NCBI GenBank assembly: GCA_050250895.1
Contig: JBFWNU010000001.1
Location: 160,001-224,000, forward strand
Source: Vulcanimicrobiota bacterium
Lineage (GTDB): Bacteria > Vulcanimicrobiota > Xenobia > Xenobiales > JADMJV01
Reading direction: 5' to 3'
Length of the DNA stretch: 64,000 nucleotides
Part shown: piece after piece, positions 13,010 to 23,454 of the stretch
How the letters are laid out: each line of letters begins with the position of its first letter
Position numbering within the stretch: position 1 is the first letter of the stretch
Translations under genes and position numbers: made by a program
The notes under the pieces: model-generated
The model's input: only the letters and a program-made list of their open reading frames with translations
What the model was told of the DNA's origin: nothing
The model's database searches: none

Positions 13010-14821
13010 ATGGAGACCGTGAATCATCAGACCGAGGAGGGTGTAACGCCCGCCCGGTTTACTTCGTTTGTACGAGTTCTGGCTGTTTGCACAGCCCTGC
13101 TCGTATTCGTTGGAGCCATGGTCACGACCACCGGCTCTGGATTGTCAGTGCCCGACTGGCCCCTATCGTTCGGACGTCTTAACCCCCGCATGGTCGGGGG
13201 TGTGTTTTTCGAGCACGGCCATCGTCTGGTGGCAGCTGCGGTCGGTTTTCTGACTCTGATCGCCGCCTTTTGGGCCAGTCTGGTGCAGGCTCCCCGGTTC
13301 GTGCGTCGGGCCGCCTGGTTTGCTCTGGGCCTGGTCATCCTGCAGGGCCTGCTGGGCGGTTTGACGGTGCTGATGAAGCTTCCCACCGCCGTCTCGGTGG
13401 CCCACGGTTGCACCGCCCAACTCTTCTTGTGCACCATCGTGGCGCTGGTGCTGCTGACCACGCCCGCTTTCGTGGACGCCGACTGCCGCATTACCGGACC
13501 TTCGGCCTCGAGTCTGCGACTCGGTTCGGTGACGGCTCTTATCATCGTTTTTCTCCAGCTGGTGGTGGGGGCAACCATGCGTCATATGGGGGCCGGCTTG
13601 ATCATCCCCGACTTTCCCACCTCGATGGGACGGCTGGTGCCTCCCCTGGTCACCCTCGAGATCTGCATCAATTTTGCCCATCGCTGCCTGGCGGTGATGG
13701 TGTTGCTGGCCGTCGGCCTGCTGGTGGCTCGAATCTACCGCGAACACAGCCAGCAGCCCGCTCTGCCCAAACTGGCTCTGGGCCTTTCGGGGTTGGTTCT
13801 GGTCCAGATTACGCTGGGCGCTCTCACGGTCTGGAGCCGGCGCGGTCTCTTTCCCACCTCGCTGCATGTGATGAATGGCGCGCTGGTGCTGGCCACCACC
13901 TTCGCTATCGTGCTCTGGTCCTACCGGCTGACCAGCGCGCGCCGCCAATCTGGCATCGTCGAAACGACCGCCACCGGCACGCGCGCCGACTGGATGGAGC
14001 TGGCCAAGATGCGGCTGGTTACCCTGTCGGCTTTCACGGCCGGCTGTGGCTACTGGCTGAGCACCAGCCAACCTCGGTGGAGCGTCCTGGCTATGGTGGT
14101 GGTCGGCATCTTCTTGCTGGGTGGCGGCTCGAGCGTGCTCAACCACGTCTTCGAGGTTGAGACCGACGCTTTGATGGCCCGCACCCGCAATCGCCCCCTG
14201 CCGGCCGGCCGAGTCTCGACGGTCATGGCCGAGCGAGTCGGAGCGGCTCTGGGATTGGGCGGCGTGCTGTTCCTGGGAGTGGCGGTTCGCCCCCTGTGCG
14301 GCATCCTCGCCCTGCTGGCCATGGTCAGCTATCTCTTTATCTACACTCCCCTCAAGCGCACGACCCCGATGTGCACCCTGGTAGGAGCCGTGCCCGGCGC
14401 TCTTCCGGTCTTGATCGGCTGGACGGCCGGCACAGGTCGGCTCGATATTGGCGGCTGGATCCTGTTTCTGATCCTGTTCGTCTGGCAGCTTCCCCACTTC
14501 ATGGCCATTGCCTGGCTGTGCCGAGAAGACTACGCCAAAGCGGGACTGCCCATGCTAACCGTGGTGGACCCCGCCGGTGGCCTGGCCTCTCTGCAAACGC
14601 TGGTCTACTGTCTGGCGCTGGTACCCATCAGCCTGGCCCCGACCCTCTATGGCATGACCGGCCTGCTATATTCTTTTATCGCCCTGGTTCTCGGGGTGAT
14701 CTATCTGGTCTTCGGCGTGAGGATGAGCCGCGAAAGAACAACTGTTCGCGCCCGTCAACTGCTGATGGCCTCGGTAATCTACCTTCCCCTCCTCTACGGA
14801 GCGATGATGATCAATCGTTAG
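13010..14821 (+). CDS. Fused heme A synthase (CtaA/COX15) and protoheme IX farnesyltransferase (CtaB/CyoE)
   Basis: N-half PDWP, FEHGHR, NFAHR, SLHVMNG; C-half DALMARTRNRPLPAGR, YTPLKR, WQLPHF, REDYAKAG. Start uncertain between 12923 and 13010. Confidence 0.92.
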   Translation: METVNHQTEEGVTPARFTSFVRVLAVCTALLVFVGAMVTTTGSGLSVPDWPLSFGRLNPRMVGGVFFEHGHRLVAAAVGFLTLIAAFWASLVQAPRFVRRAAWFALGLVILQGLLGGLTVLMKLPTAVSVAHGCTAQLFLCTIVALVLLTTPAFVDADCRITGPSASSLRLGSVTALIIVFLQLVVGATMRHMGAGLIIPDFPTSMGRLVPPLVTLEICINFAHRCLAVMVLLAVGLLVARIYREHSQQPALPKLALGLSGLVLVQITLGALTVWSRRGLFPTSLHVMNGALVLATTFAIVLWSYRLTSARRQSGIVETTATGTRADWMELAKMRLVTLSAFTAGCGYWLSTSQPRWSVLAMVVVGIFLLGGGSSVLNHVFEVETDALMARTRNRPLPAGRVSTVMAERVGAALGLGGVLFLGVAVRPLCGILALLAMVSYLFIYTPLKRTTPMCTLVGAVPGALPVLIGWTAGTGRLDIGGWILFLILFVWQLPHFMAIAWLCREDYAKAGLPMLTVVDPAGGLASLQTLVYCLALVPISLAPTLYGMTGLLYSFIALVLGVIYLVFGVRMSRERTTVRARQLLMASVIYLPLLYGAMMINR

Positions 14822-14911
14822 GTTGGGAAGGAAACTCGTGAATAGACTGAAAACGGTTGTGGATCGGGCGCCGAGATGGTGACCGATCGATTGGATCCTC
14901 AGAGGAAAGTT

Positions 14912-16024
14912 ATGCATATACGTCGCTGGAAACGAGCAGGTCTAACGGGCTATATCGCCCTGCTGCTTCTCACCCTGGCGGGCTGCGGACTGCAAGGCCC
15001 ACAAAGCACTTTGGACCCTTCCGGGCCGGTAGCCCAATACCAGATGAATGTCTTTCTCGTCACCTTCTGGGTGTCGGTGGGCATCTTTCTCGTAGTCGGC
15101 AGTTTCATGGTGTTCTGCCTCTACAAGTTCCGCCACACGGGCGAGGTCAAGCGGGGCGAGAACCTTCCTGACCAGGGGCACGGCAGTGCCATTGTCGAGT
15201 TGGGCCTGATCCTGGTCTCGGTCGGCCTGGTAGGCATCATGGTGCTCCCGACCCTGCAGGGCATTTTCTGGGTCGGCACTCTACCGCCTCAAGAGAACCC
15301 TCTGGTCATCAAAGTGACCGGCCTGCAGTGGTGGTGGCGCTTCGAGTATCCCGAAGAGGGTGTAGTAACCGGCAACGAACTGGCCATTCCGGCCGGCCGG
15401 CCGGTGAAGTTCGAACTGCACACCGCCGACGTCATTCACTCCTTCTGGGTTCCCCGCCTGGGCGGCAAAATGGACCTGATGCCGGGCCAGGACAACTGGC
15501 TCTGGCTCGAGGCCGACCCGGACATGAAGGACGCCGTGCCGTTGCCTGAGGATTCGCCCTTCCAGGGCAGCTACTTCTACGGTCAGTGCGCCGAGTTCTG
15601 TGGCGAGTCCCACGCCTTCATGCGCTTCCGCGTGGTGGTGCTCGATGACACCAATTTCCAGAAGTGGGTCGAACATCAAAAGAGCGATGCCGTGAGTCCG
15701 TCCACCGTAGCCGAAGACCTGGGCCAGCAGGCGTTCATGAAGAACCAGTGTGCCAGCTGCCACACCATTCGCGGCGTCAAAGGCGCGGGTGGCATGGTCG
15801 GTCCCGACCTGACCCATGTCGGCAGCCGCGTCAGCATCGCGGCCGGCATCATGGACAACAACGTCGACAATTTGATCAAGTGGATTCACACTCCCAACTA
15901 TTACAAGCCGGGCAACATCATGTATAAGACCGGCTATGCCCCCAAAGAAGAGGGTGGCATGGGCGTCCAATTGTCCGACGACGACGTGGTCAACCTGGCC
16001 AAATATCTGTACAGCCTGAAGTGA
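14912..16024 (+). CDS. ctaC: Cytochrome c oxidase subunit II with C-terminal cytochrome c (caa3 type)
   Basis: Lipobox LAGC, QWWWRFEY, DVIHSFW, CuA CAEFCGESHAFM, heme c CASCH. Confidence 0.95.
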   Translation: MHIRRWKRAGLTGYIALLLLTLAGCGLQGPQSTLDPSGPVAQYQMNVFLVTFWVSVGIFLVVGSFMVFCLYKFRHTGEVKRGENLPDQGHGSAIVELGLILVSVGLVGIMVLPTLQGIFWVGTLPPQENPLVIKVTGLQWWWRFEYPEEGVVTGNELAIPAGRPVKFELHTADVIHSFWVPRLGGKMDLMPGQDNWLWLEADPDMKDAVPLPEDSPFQGSYFYGQCAEFCGESHAFMRFRVVVLDDTNFQKWVEHQKSDAVSPSTVAEDLGQQAFMKNQCASCHTIRGVKGAGGMVGPDLTHVGSRVSIAAGIMDNNVDNLIKWIHTPNYYKPGNIMYKTGYAPKEEGGMGVQLSDDDVVNLAKYLYSLK

Positions 16025-16034
16025 GGTAGACGTT

Positions 16035-17969
16035 TTGTCCTCCGAGAATATGCACATAGAACCCGCCCACGAAAAGGGATTTTTCGATAGCATCCTGGGC
16101 CGCCAGGTAGAACCCAACGGACTGGTCGGCTGGCTGACCACCGTGGACCATAAACGGATCGGTATCCTCTACGGAGTTACCGCCCTGGTCTGGTTCATCG
16201 TCGGCGGCCTTGAAGCTCTGGCCATCCGCGTGCAACTGCATCGTCCCGAAATGCGAGACTTCGTTACCCCCGAGGTCTACAACCAGCTGTTTACGATGCA
16301 CGGCACCACCATGATCTTCCTGGTAGTCATGCCGCTGGCCGTGGCTTTCTTCAACTTTATCGTGCCCCTCCAGATTGGGGCTCGCGACGTGGCCTTTCCC
16401 CGGCTCAATGCATTCAGTTACTGGATGTTCTTGTTCGGCAGCCTGATCCTCAACGCCAGCTGGTTTCTCGGCGGCGCCCCCAATCAAGGTTGGTTCGGCT
16501 ACGCGCCGTTAACGGAGCATGCCTACAATCCGGGCCATCAGGTCGACTTCTGGATCGTCGGTCTGCAGATTCTGGGCGTGGCATCCATCGCCGGCGCCCT
16601 GAACTTCATCACCACCATCGTCAACATGAGGGCGCCGGGTATGACGTTCATGCGCATGCCGGTCTTCACCTGGATGACGCTGGTGACGGCCTTCCTGCTG
16701 ATCCTGGCCTTCCCGGCCATCACCATCGCGCTGGTCGAGTTGATGTTCGACCGTCTCTTCCACACCAACTTCTTCATCGCCGAAAAGGGCGGGCTGCCGA
16801 TCTTCTGGCAGCATCTCTTCTGGGTGTTCGGTCACCCGGAAGTCTACATCCTGATCTTGCCCCCGATGGGCATGGTCAGCGAAGTGCTGCCGGTCTTCTC
16901 GCGCAAGCCCCTGTTCGGCTATCCTCTGGTGGTCGGCTCGGGTGCCGCCATCGGCTTCATGGGCTTCACCGTCTGGAGCCACCACATGTTCACCACCGGC
17001 CTGGGCAACATCGCCGTGGCCGCCTTTGCCCTGACCACGATGGCCATCGCGGTACCGACCGGCGTGAAGATCTTCAACTGGGTGGGCACGCTCTACAAAG
17101 GCCAGTTGCTGATGCGGGTGCCCATGCTGTTTGCCCTGGGCTTCATCTACCAGTTCATGATGGGTGGCTTCTCGGGCCTGATGCACGCCTCGCCGCCCCA
17201 CGACATGCAGCAGCAAGACACCTACTACATCGTGGCCCACTTCCACTACGTGCTGATCGGGGGCGCCATCTTCGGCACTTTCGCCGGCATCTATTACTGG
17301 TTCCCCAAGATCACCGGCCGCATGCTGAGCGAGAAGAAGGGCAAGGCCGTCTTCTGGGCGCTCTTCATCGGTTTCAACCTCACCTTCTTCCCGATGCACT
17401 GGCTGGGCCTCAACGGCATGCCTCGCCGCATCTATACCTACAGCTCGGACATGGGTTGGAACGAACTCAATATGCTGTGCACCATCGGGGCCTTCCTGAT
17501 GGCCGGCGCCGTGCTGATGTTCTTCATCGACGTGCTACGCTCGGTCAAACAGGGCGCGGCCTGCGAACAGGATCCCTGGGATGCTCGCACCCTCGAGTGG
17601 AGCATCCCTTCGCCTCCGCCGGTCTACAACTTCAAAGAGACCCCTCACGTCAACCATCTCGACGACTATTGGTACACCAAGTATCCCGACGCTCTTCACC
17701 ACCACGAGGATGATGACCACGACGGGCACGATGAGGAGCACCCTCCTCACCACCACGATCACGATGCGCACGGTATTCACATGCCGGGCGGCTCATGGTT
17801 TCCGATGTTCGCCGCGCTCGGCTTCTGCATCGGTGGCTGGGGCCTCATCCATAGCTGGTTCCCGCTGGCCATTGTCGGTGGGTTGCTGGGCGTCACTGGC
17901 ATCTTCTGCTGGGCTATGGAGCCCATCGGCGGATACTACATTCACTTCGAGGAAGCCAAGAAAGCATGA
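16035..17969 (+). CDS. ctaD: Cytochrome c oxidase subunit I (A1 type)
   Basis: TVDHKRIG, GHPEVY, WSHHMF, AHFHY, GMPRR. Confidence 0.97.
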   Translation: MSSENMHIEPAHEKGFFDSILGRQVEPNGLVGWLTTVDHKRIGILYGVTALVWFIVGGLEALAIRVQLHRPEMRDFVTPEVYNQLFTMHGTTMIFLVVMPLAVAFFNFIVPLQIGARDVAFPRLNAFSYWMFLFGSLILNASWFLGGAPNQGWFGYAPLTEHAYNPGHQVDFWIVGLQILGVASIAGALNFITTIVNMRAPGMTFMRMPVFTWMTLVTAFLLILAFPAITIALVELMFDRLFHTNFFIAEKGGLPIFWQHLFWVFGHPEVYILILPPMGMVSEVLPVFSRKPLFGYPLVVGSGAAIGFMGFTVWSHHMFTTGLGNIAVAAFALTTMAIAVPTGVKIFNWVGTLYKGQLLMRVPMLFALGFIYQFMMGGFSGLMHASPPHDMQQQDTYYIVAHFHYVLIGGAIFGTFAGIYYWFPKITGRMLSEKKGKAVFWALFIGFNLTFFPMHWLGLNGMPRRIYTYSSDMGWNELNMLCTIGAFLMAGAVLMFFIDVLRSVKQGAACEQDPWDARTLEWSIPSPPPVYNFKETPHVNHLDDYWYTKYPDALHHHEDDDHDGHDEEHPPHHHDHDAHGIHMPGGSWFPMFAALGFCIGGWGLIHSWFPLAIVGGLLGVTGIFCWAMEPIGGYYIHFEEAKKA

Positions 17970-18577
17970 GTTCACACGCACACCCCATCGAGAATCCCCA
18001 CGAGATAGGCTGTACCGGCTATCCTCACCGCAAGATCCTGATGTGGCTGTTTCTCGCCTCGGACTGCATGTTCTTCGGCAGCCTGATCAGCACATATCTG
18101 GTCTATCGCGGCCGCAGCGTGGCTCACCCGCTGCCCGAAGAGGTCTTCGATATCCCGCTGACTTCCACCAGCAGCTTCGTGCTGCTGATGAGTTCCTACC
18201 TGATGGTGCTGACCCTCAATGCCGTCGAGCGGGGCGACATCGCCAGGTTCCGACTCTGGTGTGCCGGTACCGCCTTCTTCGGCAGCATCTTTCTGGGCTT
18301 TCAGATCTACGAGTTCACCCACTTCGTACATAACGGTCTAACGCTCTCGTCGAACATCTTCGGCAGCACCTTCTTCGTGCTGACCGGCACTCACGGCTGC
18401 CACGTCGCCATCGGCGTCTTGTGGCTCAGCGCGCTATTCATCTACTCGTTCGTGCCAAACGGAGTCACTCCGGCCCGGGCTCTTGACGTCGAAATCGCCG
18501 GCCTCTACTGGCACTTCGTCGACATTGTCTGGATCGTGATCTTCACGGCCGTCTATCTACTCGAGTACATCATCTAA
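17966..18577 (+). CDS. ctaE: Cytochrome c oxidase subunit III
   Basis: WLFLASDCMFF, TGTHGCHV, LYWHFVDIVW. Confidence 0.95.
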   Translation: MSSHAHPIENPHEIGCTGYPHRKILMWLFLASDCMFFGSLISTYLVYRGRSVAHPLPEEVFDIPLTSTSSFVLLMSSYLMVLTLNAVERGDIARFRLWCAGTAFFGSIFLGFQIYEFTHFVHNGLTLSSNIFGSTFFVLTGTHGCHVAIGVLWLSALFIYSFVPNGVTPARALDVEIAGLYWHFVDIVWIVIFTAVYLLEYII

Positions 18578-18588
18578 GGAAGGCAACA

Positions 18589-19041
18589 ATGTCCGACGAA
18601 TTCAACCAGAAAAGAACCTTTTCGGCGGCCGTTCGCTACACGATCGTGGCCCTCGTTCTGGGCCTCATTACCGCCTTCGAGGTGGCCGTACTCTATCCAC
18701 CGTTAGCCCACGCTCAGGACACCCCCAAGATCGTCTTGTTGGTAGTCCTGTCGGTCCTGAAGTTCGTGTTGGTGGTAGCGCTCTTCATGCATCTGTGGCA
18801 AGACCCTTTCCTCTACACCGCCTTGTTCGGCCTGGGATTGGTGCTGGCTTGCGGCACGATGGTTGCGCTGGTGACCCTGCTGGGTGTGTATAGCCCCCCC
18901 AAAGACGCGGTCCATGTCGATCCCTCCCGCGAAGTTCACCACATGCCGGCCGAGGACGAAGGAGCCGGGGCAGGGCACAGCTACCAGAGCTTCGGACGTA
19001 GTCTGGCTGAATTTCATGCCCGACAGGAGCTGTGCGCTTGA
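18589..19041 (+). CDS. ctaF: Cytochrome c oxidase subunit IV
   Basis: ITAFEV...KFVLVVALFMHL, three TM helices, operon position. Confidence 0.8.
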   Translation: MSDEFNQKRTFSAAVRYTIVALVLGLITAFEVAVLYPPLAHAQDTPKIVLLVVLSVLKFVLVVALFMHLWQDPFLYTALFGLGLVLACGTMVALVTLLGVYSPPKDAVHVDPSREVHHMPAEDEGAGAGHSYQSFGRSLAEFHARQELCA

Positions 19042-19042
19042 T

Positions 19043-19453
19043 GTGACCAGGCAGCAACTCATCGCTCTGTTCATCGCCCTGGCGGCGTTGTTCGGAGGAT
19101 GGGCCTACCATACACGCAAGGGGGCCTTCACCCCACCGCCCGAAGTGGCGGGAGAACCGGGGGCGGAGGCCTTTTTTCGTCTCGGCTGCGTGCAGTGCCA
19201 TGCGGTCAGCGGACTCGAGGGCGCCAACGGCACTCTGGGGCCCCCGCTGGATGGATTAGCCGAGCGAGCGGCTACCAGGGTTAAGGGTATCGACGCCCGG
19301 GAATACGTCAAACAGTCGATTCTCGAACCAGCCGCCTTTCAACCCGAGGGCTTTCTCAACGTGATGCCCTCCTTCAAAGACCAGCTGTCTCCGCAGGAAC
19401 TGGACACCCTGGTCGACTGGTTGCTCAGCTTGGAGCCAAAACATGAATCTTGA
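19043..19453 (+). CDS. Membrane-anchored c-type cytochrome
   Basis: N-terminal TM, CVQCH, GPPLDG, SILEP, VMP. GTG start inferred. Confidence 0.88.
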   Translation: MTRQQLIALFIALAALFGGWAYHTRKGAFTPPPEVAGEPGAEAFFRLGCVQCHAVSGLEGANGTLGPPLDGLAERAATRVKGIDAREYVKQSILEPAAFQPEGFLNVMPSFKDQLSPQELDTLVDWLLSLEPKHES

Positions 19454-20216
19454 ACTGCACTGGCATCCCGAGCCCGGAGTGCTCGACGGCATCGTGGTGC
19501 TGTCGTTTCTCTACCTGTTAGCGGCCGGGCCACTGAGAAAGTACCTCGACGAAAGCCAGCCGTTCCCCAAGCGCCAGACTCTATGGTTCTTCAGCGGAGT
19601 GGTGGTGCTTTTTCTGGCGGTTGGTTCACCGCTCGAGAAGCTCAGCGAAGAGTACCTCTTCTCGGCCCATATGTTCCAACACGTGCTGCTCATCTATCTG
19701 GTGCCAGCGCTGTTCCTGAAGGGCTTGCCGGCCTGGATGATGCGGCCGCTTCTGGCCATGGAGTGGAGCGGCCCGCTGTTCCGCTTTTTTACCCGGCCGG
19801 TGGTGGCCTGGCTGGTATTCAACGGCCTGTTCTATCTCTGGCACGTGCCGGGCCTCTACGAGTGGGCCCTCCGCGACCCCTCCATCCACTTTCTCGAGCA
19901 CGCCACTTTCATGGGCGCCGCGATGCTGGTGTGGTGGCCAACCTTGAGCCCGACCGAAGAGCTGCCTCGCCTCGACTACGGTCCGCAGCTGTTGTATGTG
20001 CTGGCCATCGGCCTGGCCCAGACGCCCCTGTTTGCGTTTCTGACCTTCTCGTCCACGGTCTTCTACCCCACCTATGCTCAGGCAGCGCGGATCACCAGCC
20101 TGACTCCCATCGAAGATCAGGTGCTGGGGGGCGTGATCATGAAGCTGGCGGCCATGGTGGCGACCTTCTACGCCGTAGCCTTTATCTTCTATCGCTGGTA
20201 TGAAAAGAGCCGCTAG
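19443..20216 (+). CDS. ctaG: caa3-type oxidase assembly factor CtaG
   Basis: LFSAHMFQHVLL, WHVPGLYE, HFLEH, DQVLGGVIMK. Confidence 0.88.
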   Translation: MNLELHWHPEPGVLDGIVVLSFLYLLAAGPLRKYLDESQPFPKRQTLWFFSGVVVLFLAVGSPLEKLSEEYLFSAHMFQHVLLIYLVPALFLKGLPAWMMRPLLAMEWSGPLFRFFTRPVVAWLVFNGLFYLWHVPGLYEWALRDPSIHFLEHATFMGAAMLVWWPTLSPTEELPRLDYGPQLLYVLAIGLAQTPLFAFLTFSSTVFYPTYAQAARITSLTPIEDQVLGGVIMKLAAMVATFYAVAFIFYRWYEKSR

Positions 20217-20827
20217 TGGTCAGCCGAGATATAAGGCAGCAGGTTGCCGTCTCGCTCGGCCTCGTCGATCAATTTGCGGGCATAGAGAAGGCGTTGGATA
20301 AACCCCACCAGGCACAGGGCGATGAGGGCTCCCAGCCAGTAGTGGGCCAGGCCCCAGGGCAGGAACAGATACCCACCCAGGATGAGGACCATGCGGTCCG
20401 AGTGGTCGCCAACCCCGGGCCAATCTCGGTTGTCGGTGACGATCACCAGGCCCACCCGAGGCTTTGCATAGCTCACCAGGAGCGACAACCCGAGCGCCGA
20501 GGCTGCCAGCACCGGGAAGAAATAGGCCAGTCCCACCATCAAGATGGTCTCGACCATGCGGTCGACCATGGCCTCGAAATAGTTGCCGAAGGCCGAGGCC
20601 CGATTCTGCAGGCGGGCCACTTCGCCGTCGATGAAGTCGAACAGAGAAGAGCTTACCCCCACAACAAAGGCCAGCAAGGGATGGTTATACACCAACAAAT
20701 AGGCGGCCAGCGCGCTGGTGGGCACGGCCATGAAACTGACCAGATTGGGAGAAATGCCGGCCCGCGCCAGTGGTGTCGCCACTTTCGTTTTCAGGGGAGC
20801 CAGTGTTTCGCGAAGGTTGCCCAGCAT
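20213..20827 (-). CDS. CDP-alcohol phosphatidyltransferase family protein
   Basis: GISPNLVS; DFIDGEVAR...FGNYFEAMVDR. Confidence 0.88.
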   Translation of the reverse strand: MLGNLRETLAPLKTKVATPLARAGISPNLVSFMAVPTSALAAYLLVYNHPLLAFVVGVSSSLFDFIDGEVARLQNRASAFGNYFEAMVDRMVETILMVGLAYFFPVLAASALGLSLLVSYAKPRVGLVIVTDNRDWPGVGDHSDRMVLILGGYLFLPWGLAHYWLGALIALCLVGFIQRLLYARKLIDEAERDGNLLPYISADH

Positions 20828-20834
20828 AGGAGGA

Positions 20835-21419
20835 ATGATGTCTAGATTTCGCAGCCGTGAGGCTGCCGCTTGGTTAGTCCTGTTTGCCCTGGTGAGTGCG
20901 GTCTCCTGGGCGGATCCGCTCAGTGTGGGCCAGAAAGTCCCGAATTTTACCCTGCTCAATCAAGATGGCAAGAAGGTCAGCCTTTCCGACTATCAGGGCA
21001 AGGTTATCATGGTCACCTTTCTCTACACCCGCTGTCCTTTTCCTGAAAAGTGTCCGATGATCTCGGAAAAACTCGGCCAGACCCGGGCTCTGATGCAAAA
21101 GCTCAACGCCTCGGACAAGTTTCAGGTGCTGAGCATCACCATCGACCCCAAGTACGACACCCCCGAGCGACTTAAAGCCTATACTCAGGGCAACGACAAA
21201 GACTTTGGCAACTGGGACTTCTTGACCGGCACCCCGGAACAGATCGCCAATGTGGCCGGCCTGTTCGGGCTGGTCTATTGGGAAGAAAACGGGGTTATCG
21301 AGCACAACATGCGAACCGGAATCATCGATCCCAAAGGTTATCTGGCCAAGGTCGTGCGCGGCTCGGAGTGGAAAGCCGGTGAACTCTCGGCCATCATCAA
21401 GGACATTCTGCCCAAGTGA
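20835..21419 (+). CDS. SCO family copper chaperone
   Basis: Signal peptide, FLYTRCPFPEKCP, ITIDPKYDTPERL, WDFLTG, IEHN. Confidence 0.88.
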   Translation: MMSRFRSREAAAWLVLFALVSAVSWADPLSVGQKVPNFTLLNQDGKKVSLSDYQGKVIMVTFLYTRCPFPEKCPMISEKLGQTRALMQKLNASDKFQVLSITIDPKYDTPERLKAYTQGNDKDFGNWDFLTGTPEQIANVAGLFGLVYWEENGVIEHNMRTGIIDPKGYLAKVVRGSEWKAGELSAIIKDILPK

Positions 21420-21775
21420 GCGACCGGGTCACGGCCAACCTACCGGCCCTGGATCTCGACCAGACCGAGGCGTTCTATCAACGCCTCGGCTTCTCTACCG
21501 GTTTCAAGGACGAGGGCTGGATGGTGATGCATCGCGGGGCGCTCGAGCTAGAGTTCTTTCCTCACTCCGGGCTGGTCCCGGGCGAATCGTGGTTCTCGGC
21601 TTGCGTGCGGGTGAACGAGGTCGACAGCCTCTATCAAGACTGGTGCGAAGCCAACCTGCCCGAGCAGGGAATCCCCCGACTGACGCCGCCAAAGAACGAG
21701 CCCTGGGGGTTACGCCAGGCCAACCTCATCGACTGCAACGGCAGTCTGTTACGAATTCTGGGTCCAGTGAAATGA
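21416..21775 (+). CDS. Bleomycin resistance/VOC family protein
   Basis: ANLPALDLDQTEAFYQRLGF, EPWGLRQ, IDCNGSLLR. Confidence 0.85.
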   Translation: MSDRVTANLPALDLDQTEAFYQRLGFSTGFKDEGWMVMHRGALELEFFPHSGLVPGESWFSACVRVNEVDSLYQDWCEANLPEQGIPRLTPPKNEPWGLRQANLIDCNGSLLRILGPVK

Positions 21776-23454
21776 AGAAACTGCTCGTCCTGTTGCTGCT
21801 TTCTGGCCTGGCGTGCGCCGACGGCATCGACTGGCAACCGTGGGAGGGCGCCCAACAGCGCGCCCAGCGCGAGCGACGCCTGGTGGTGCTCGACCTCGAG
21901 GCGGTCTGGTGCCACTGGTGTCACGTCATGGACAAGACCACCTACGCCGACCCCCGGGTCATCGAACTGCTCAACCGGGTGGCCGTGCCGGTCAAGGTCG
22001 ACCAGGACGCCCGCCCCGATCTAGGCCACCGCTACGAGGACTATGGCTGGCCGGCCACCATCATCTTTGACCACCAGGGCAACGAGCTGGCCCGCCTGTC
22101 AGGTTATGTCGAGCCAGACCGCTTCGTGGCCATTGTGCAAAAGCTCTCGGCCGACCCGCGGCCCCTCGACTCGGTTACCCCTCCCCCGCCCGCCCGGGCC
22201 AACGGGGCCCTCGACCTCGAGAGTCTCGAGCGGCGCCACTTTGACCTCTATGACGACGAGCGAGGCGGTTGGGGCCGCATCCACAAGTTCGTCAACGGCC
22301 CGGTGGTCGAGTACTGTCTCGAGCGCTCGTTGGCCGGTGACGAGCGCAACCGCGCCATGGCTCGCCGCACGCTCGAGGCCAACCTGGCCCTGATGGATCC
22401 GGTCTGGGGCGGAGTCTATCAATACTCGGACAGCGCCGTCTGGAACTCGCCCCACTACGAGAAGATCATGTCCACTCAGGCAGCCAACCTGCGCTGCTAC
22501 AGCCTGGCCTACGCCCAATTCGGCGACCCCCGCTACCTGGCCGCCGCCCAGGCCATCGTCGCCTATCTCGACAGCTTTCTCAGCGACCCTTCCGGCGGCT
22601 TCTATGTCAGTCAGGACGCCGATGTCAAACAAGGCGAAAAGGCCACCGACTATTTCGCCCTCGACGACGCCGGTCGCCGGGCCCGAGGCATCCCTCGCAT
22701 CGACCAGCATCTCTACGCCCGCGAGACCGGTTGGGCGGTGGACGCTCTCACGGTCTACGCGGGCATCACCGGCGATCAGGCGGCGCTGGAGCGGGCCCTG
22801 GCCGGGGCCCACTGGCTGGTAGCTCACCGCGCCCTCGAAGGCGGCTTTAGCCACGACGGCCAGGGTCTCTACCTCGGCGACAACCTGGCCTGTGCCAGCG
22901 CCTTTCTGAGCCTCTATCGGGCCACCGCCGACCCGACCTGGCTCGAGCGCGCCAGCGCCACCGCCGACTTCATCGACAGCCGTTTCACCCGGCCCGACCA
23001 CGACGGCTACTACACTTCCACCGAAGGTCTGACGCGCCAGCCCAAAGAGAACGTGGCTCTGGCCCGCTTTGCCAACCTGCTCTACCACCACACCGGCAAG
23101 CCGACCCACCAGGCCATGGCCGGGCGCGCCCTGGCCTATTTCGCTATCGAAGGCGTCACCGATGGCTTCAACCCCGGCGGCCTGCTGCTGGCTGCCGCCG
23201 AGAACGCCCGCGACCCTCTCCACATCACCGTAGTCAGCGCCCCCGCCTCGCCCCAAGGCAAAGCCCTCTTCACCCGTGCCCAGGCCAGCCCCAGCACCTA
23301 TCTACGCCTTGACTGGTGGCACCCGGGCACTCCCCTGCCCCCCAATACCGACACCGAATATCCCGATCTGGGCAAAGCGGCCGCCTTCGTGTGCACCGCC
23401 GGCCGCTGCTCCCCACCCATCTTCACTCCCGAAGCCCTGGCCCGCCGCCTCTAG
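21772..23454 (+). CDS. Exported thioredoxin-domain (DUF255/YyaL-like) alpha/alpha-barrel protein
   Basis: Signal peptide MKKLLVLLLLSGLACA, WCHWCHVM, GWPAT, PHYEKIM, AFVCTAGRCSPP. Confidence 0.85.
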   Translation: MKKLLVLLLLSGLACADGIDWQPWEGAQQRAQRERRLVVLDLEAVWCHWCHVMDKTTYADPRVIELLNRVAVPVKVDQDARPDLGHRYEDYGWPATIIFDHQGNELARLSGYVEPDRFVAIVQKLSADPRPLDSVTPPPPARANGALDLESLERRHFDLYDDERGGWGRIHKFVNGPVVEYCLERSLAGDERNRAMARRTLEANLALMDPVWGGVYQYSDSAVWNSPHYEKIMSTQAANLRCYSLAYAQFGDPRYLAAAQAIVAYLDSFLSDPSGGFYVSQDADVKQGEKATDYFALDDAGRRARGIPRIDQHLYARETGWAVDALTVYAGITGDQAALERALAGAHWLVAHRALEGGFSHDGQGLYLGDNLACASAFLSLYRATADPTWLERASATADFIDSRFTRPDHDGYYTSTEGLTRQPKENVALARFANLLYHHTGKPTHQAMAGRALAYFAIEGVTDGFNPGGLLLAAAENARDPLHITVVSAPASPQGKALFTRAQASPSTYLRLDWWHPGTPLPPNTDTEYPDLGKAAAFVCTAGRCSPPIFTPEALARRL

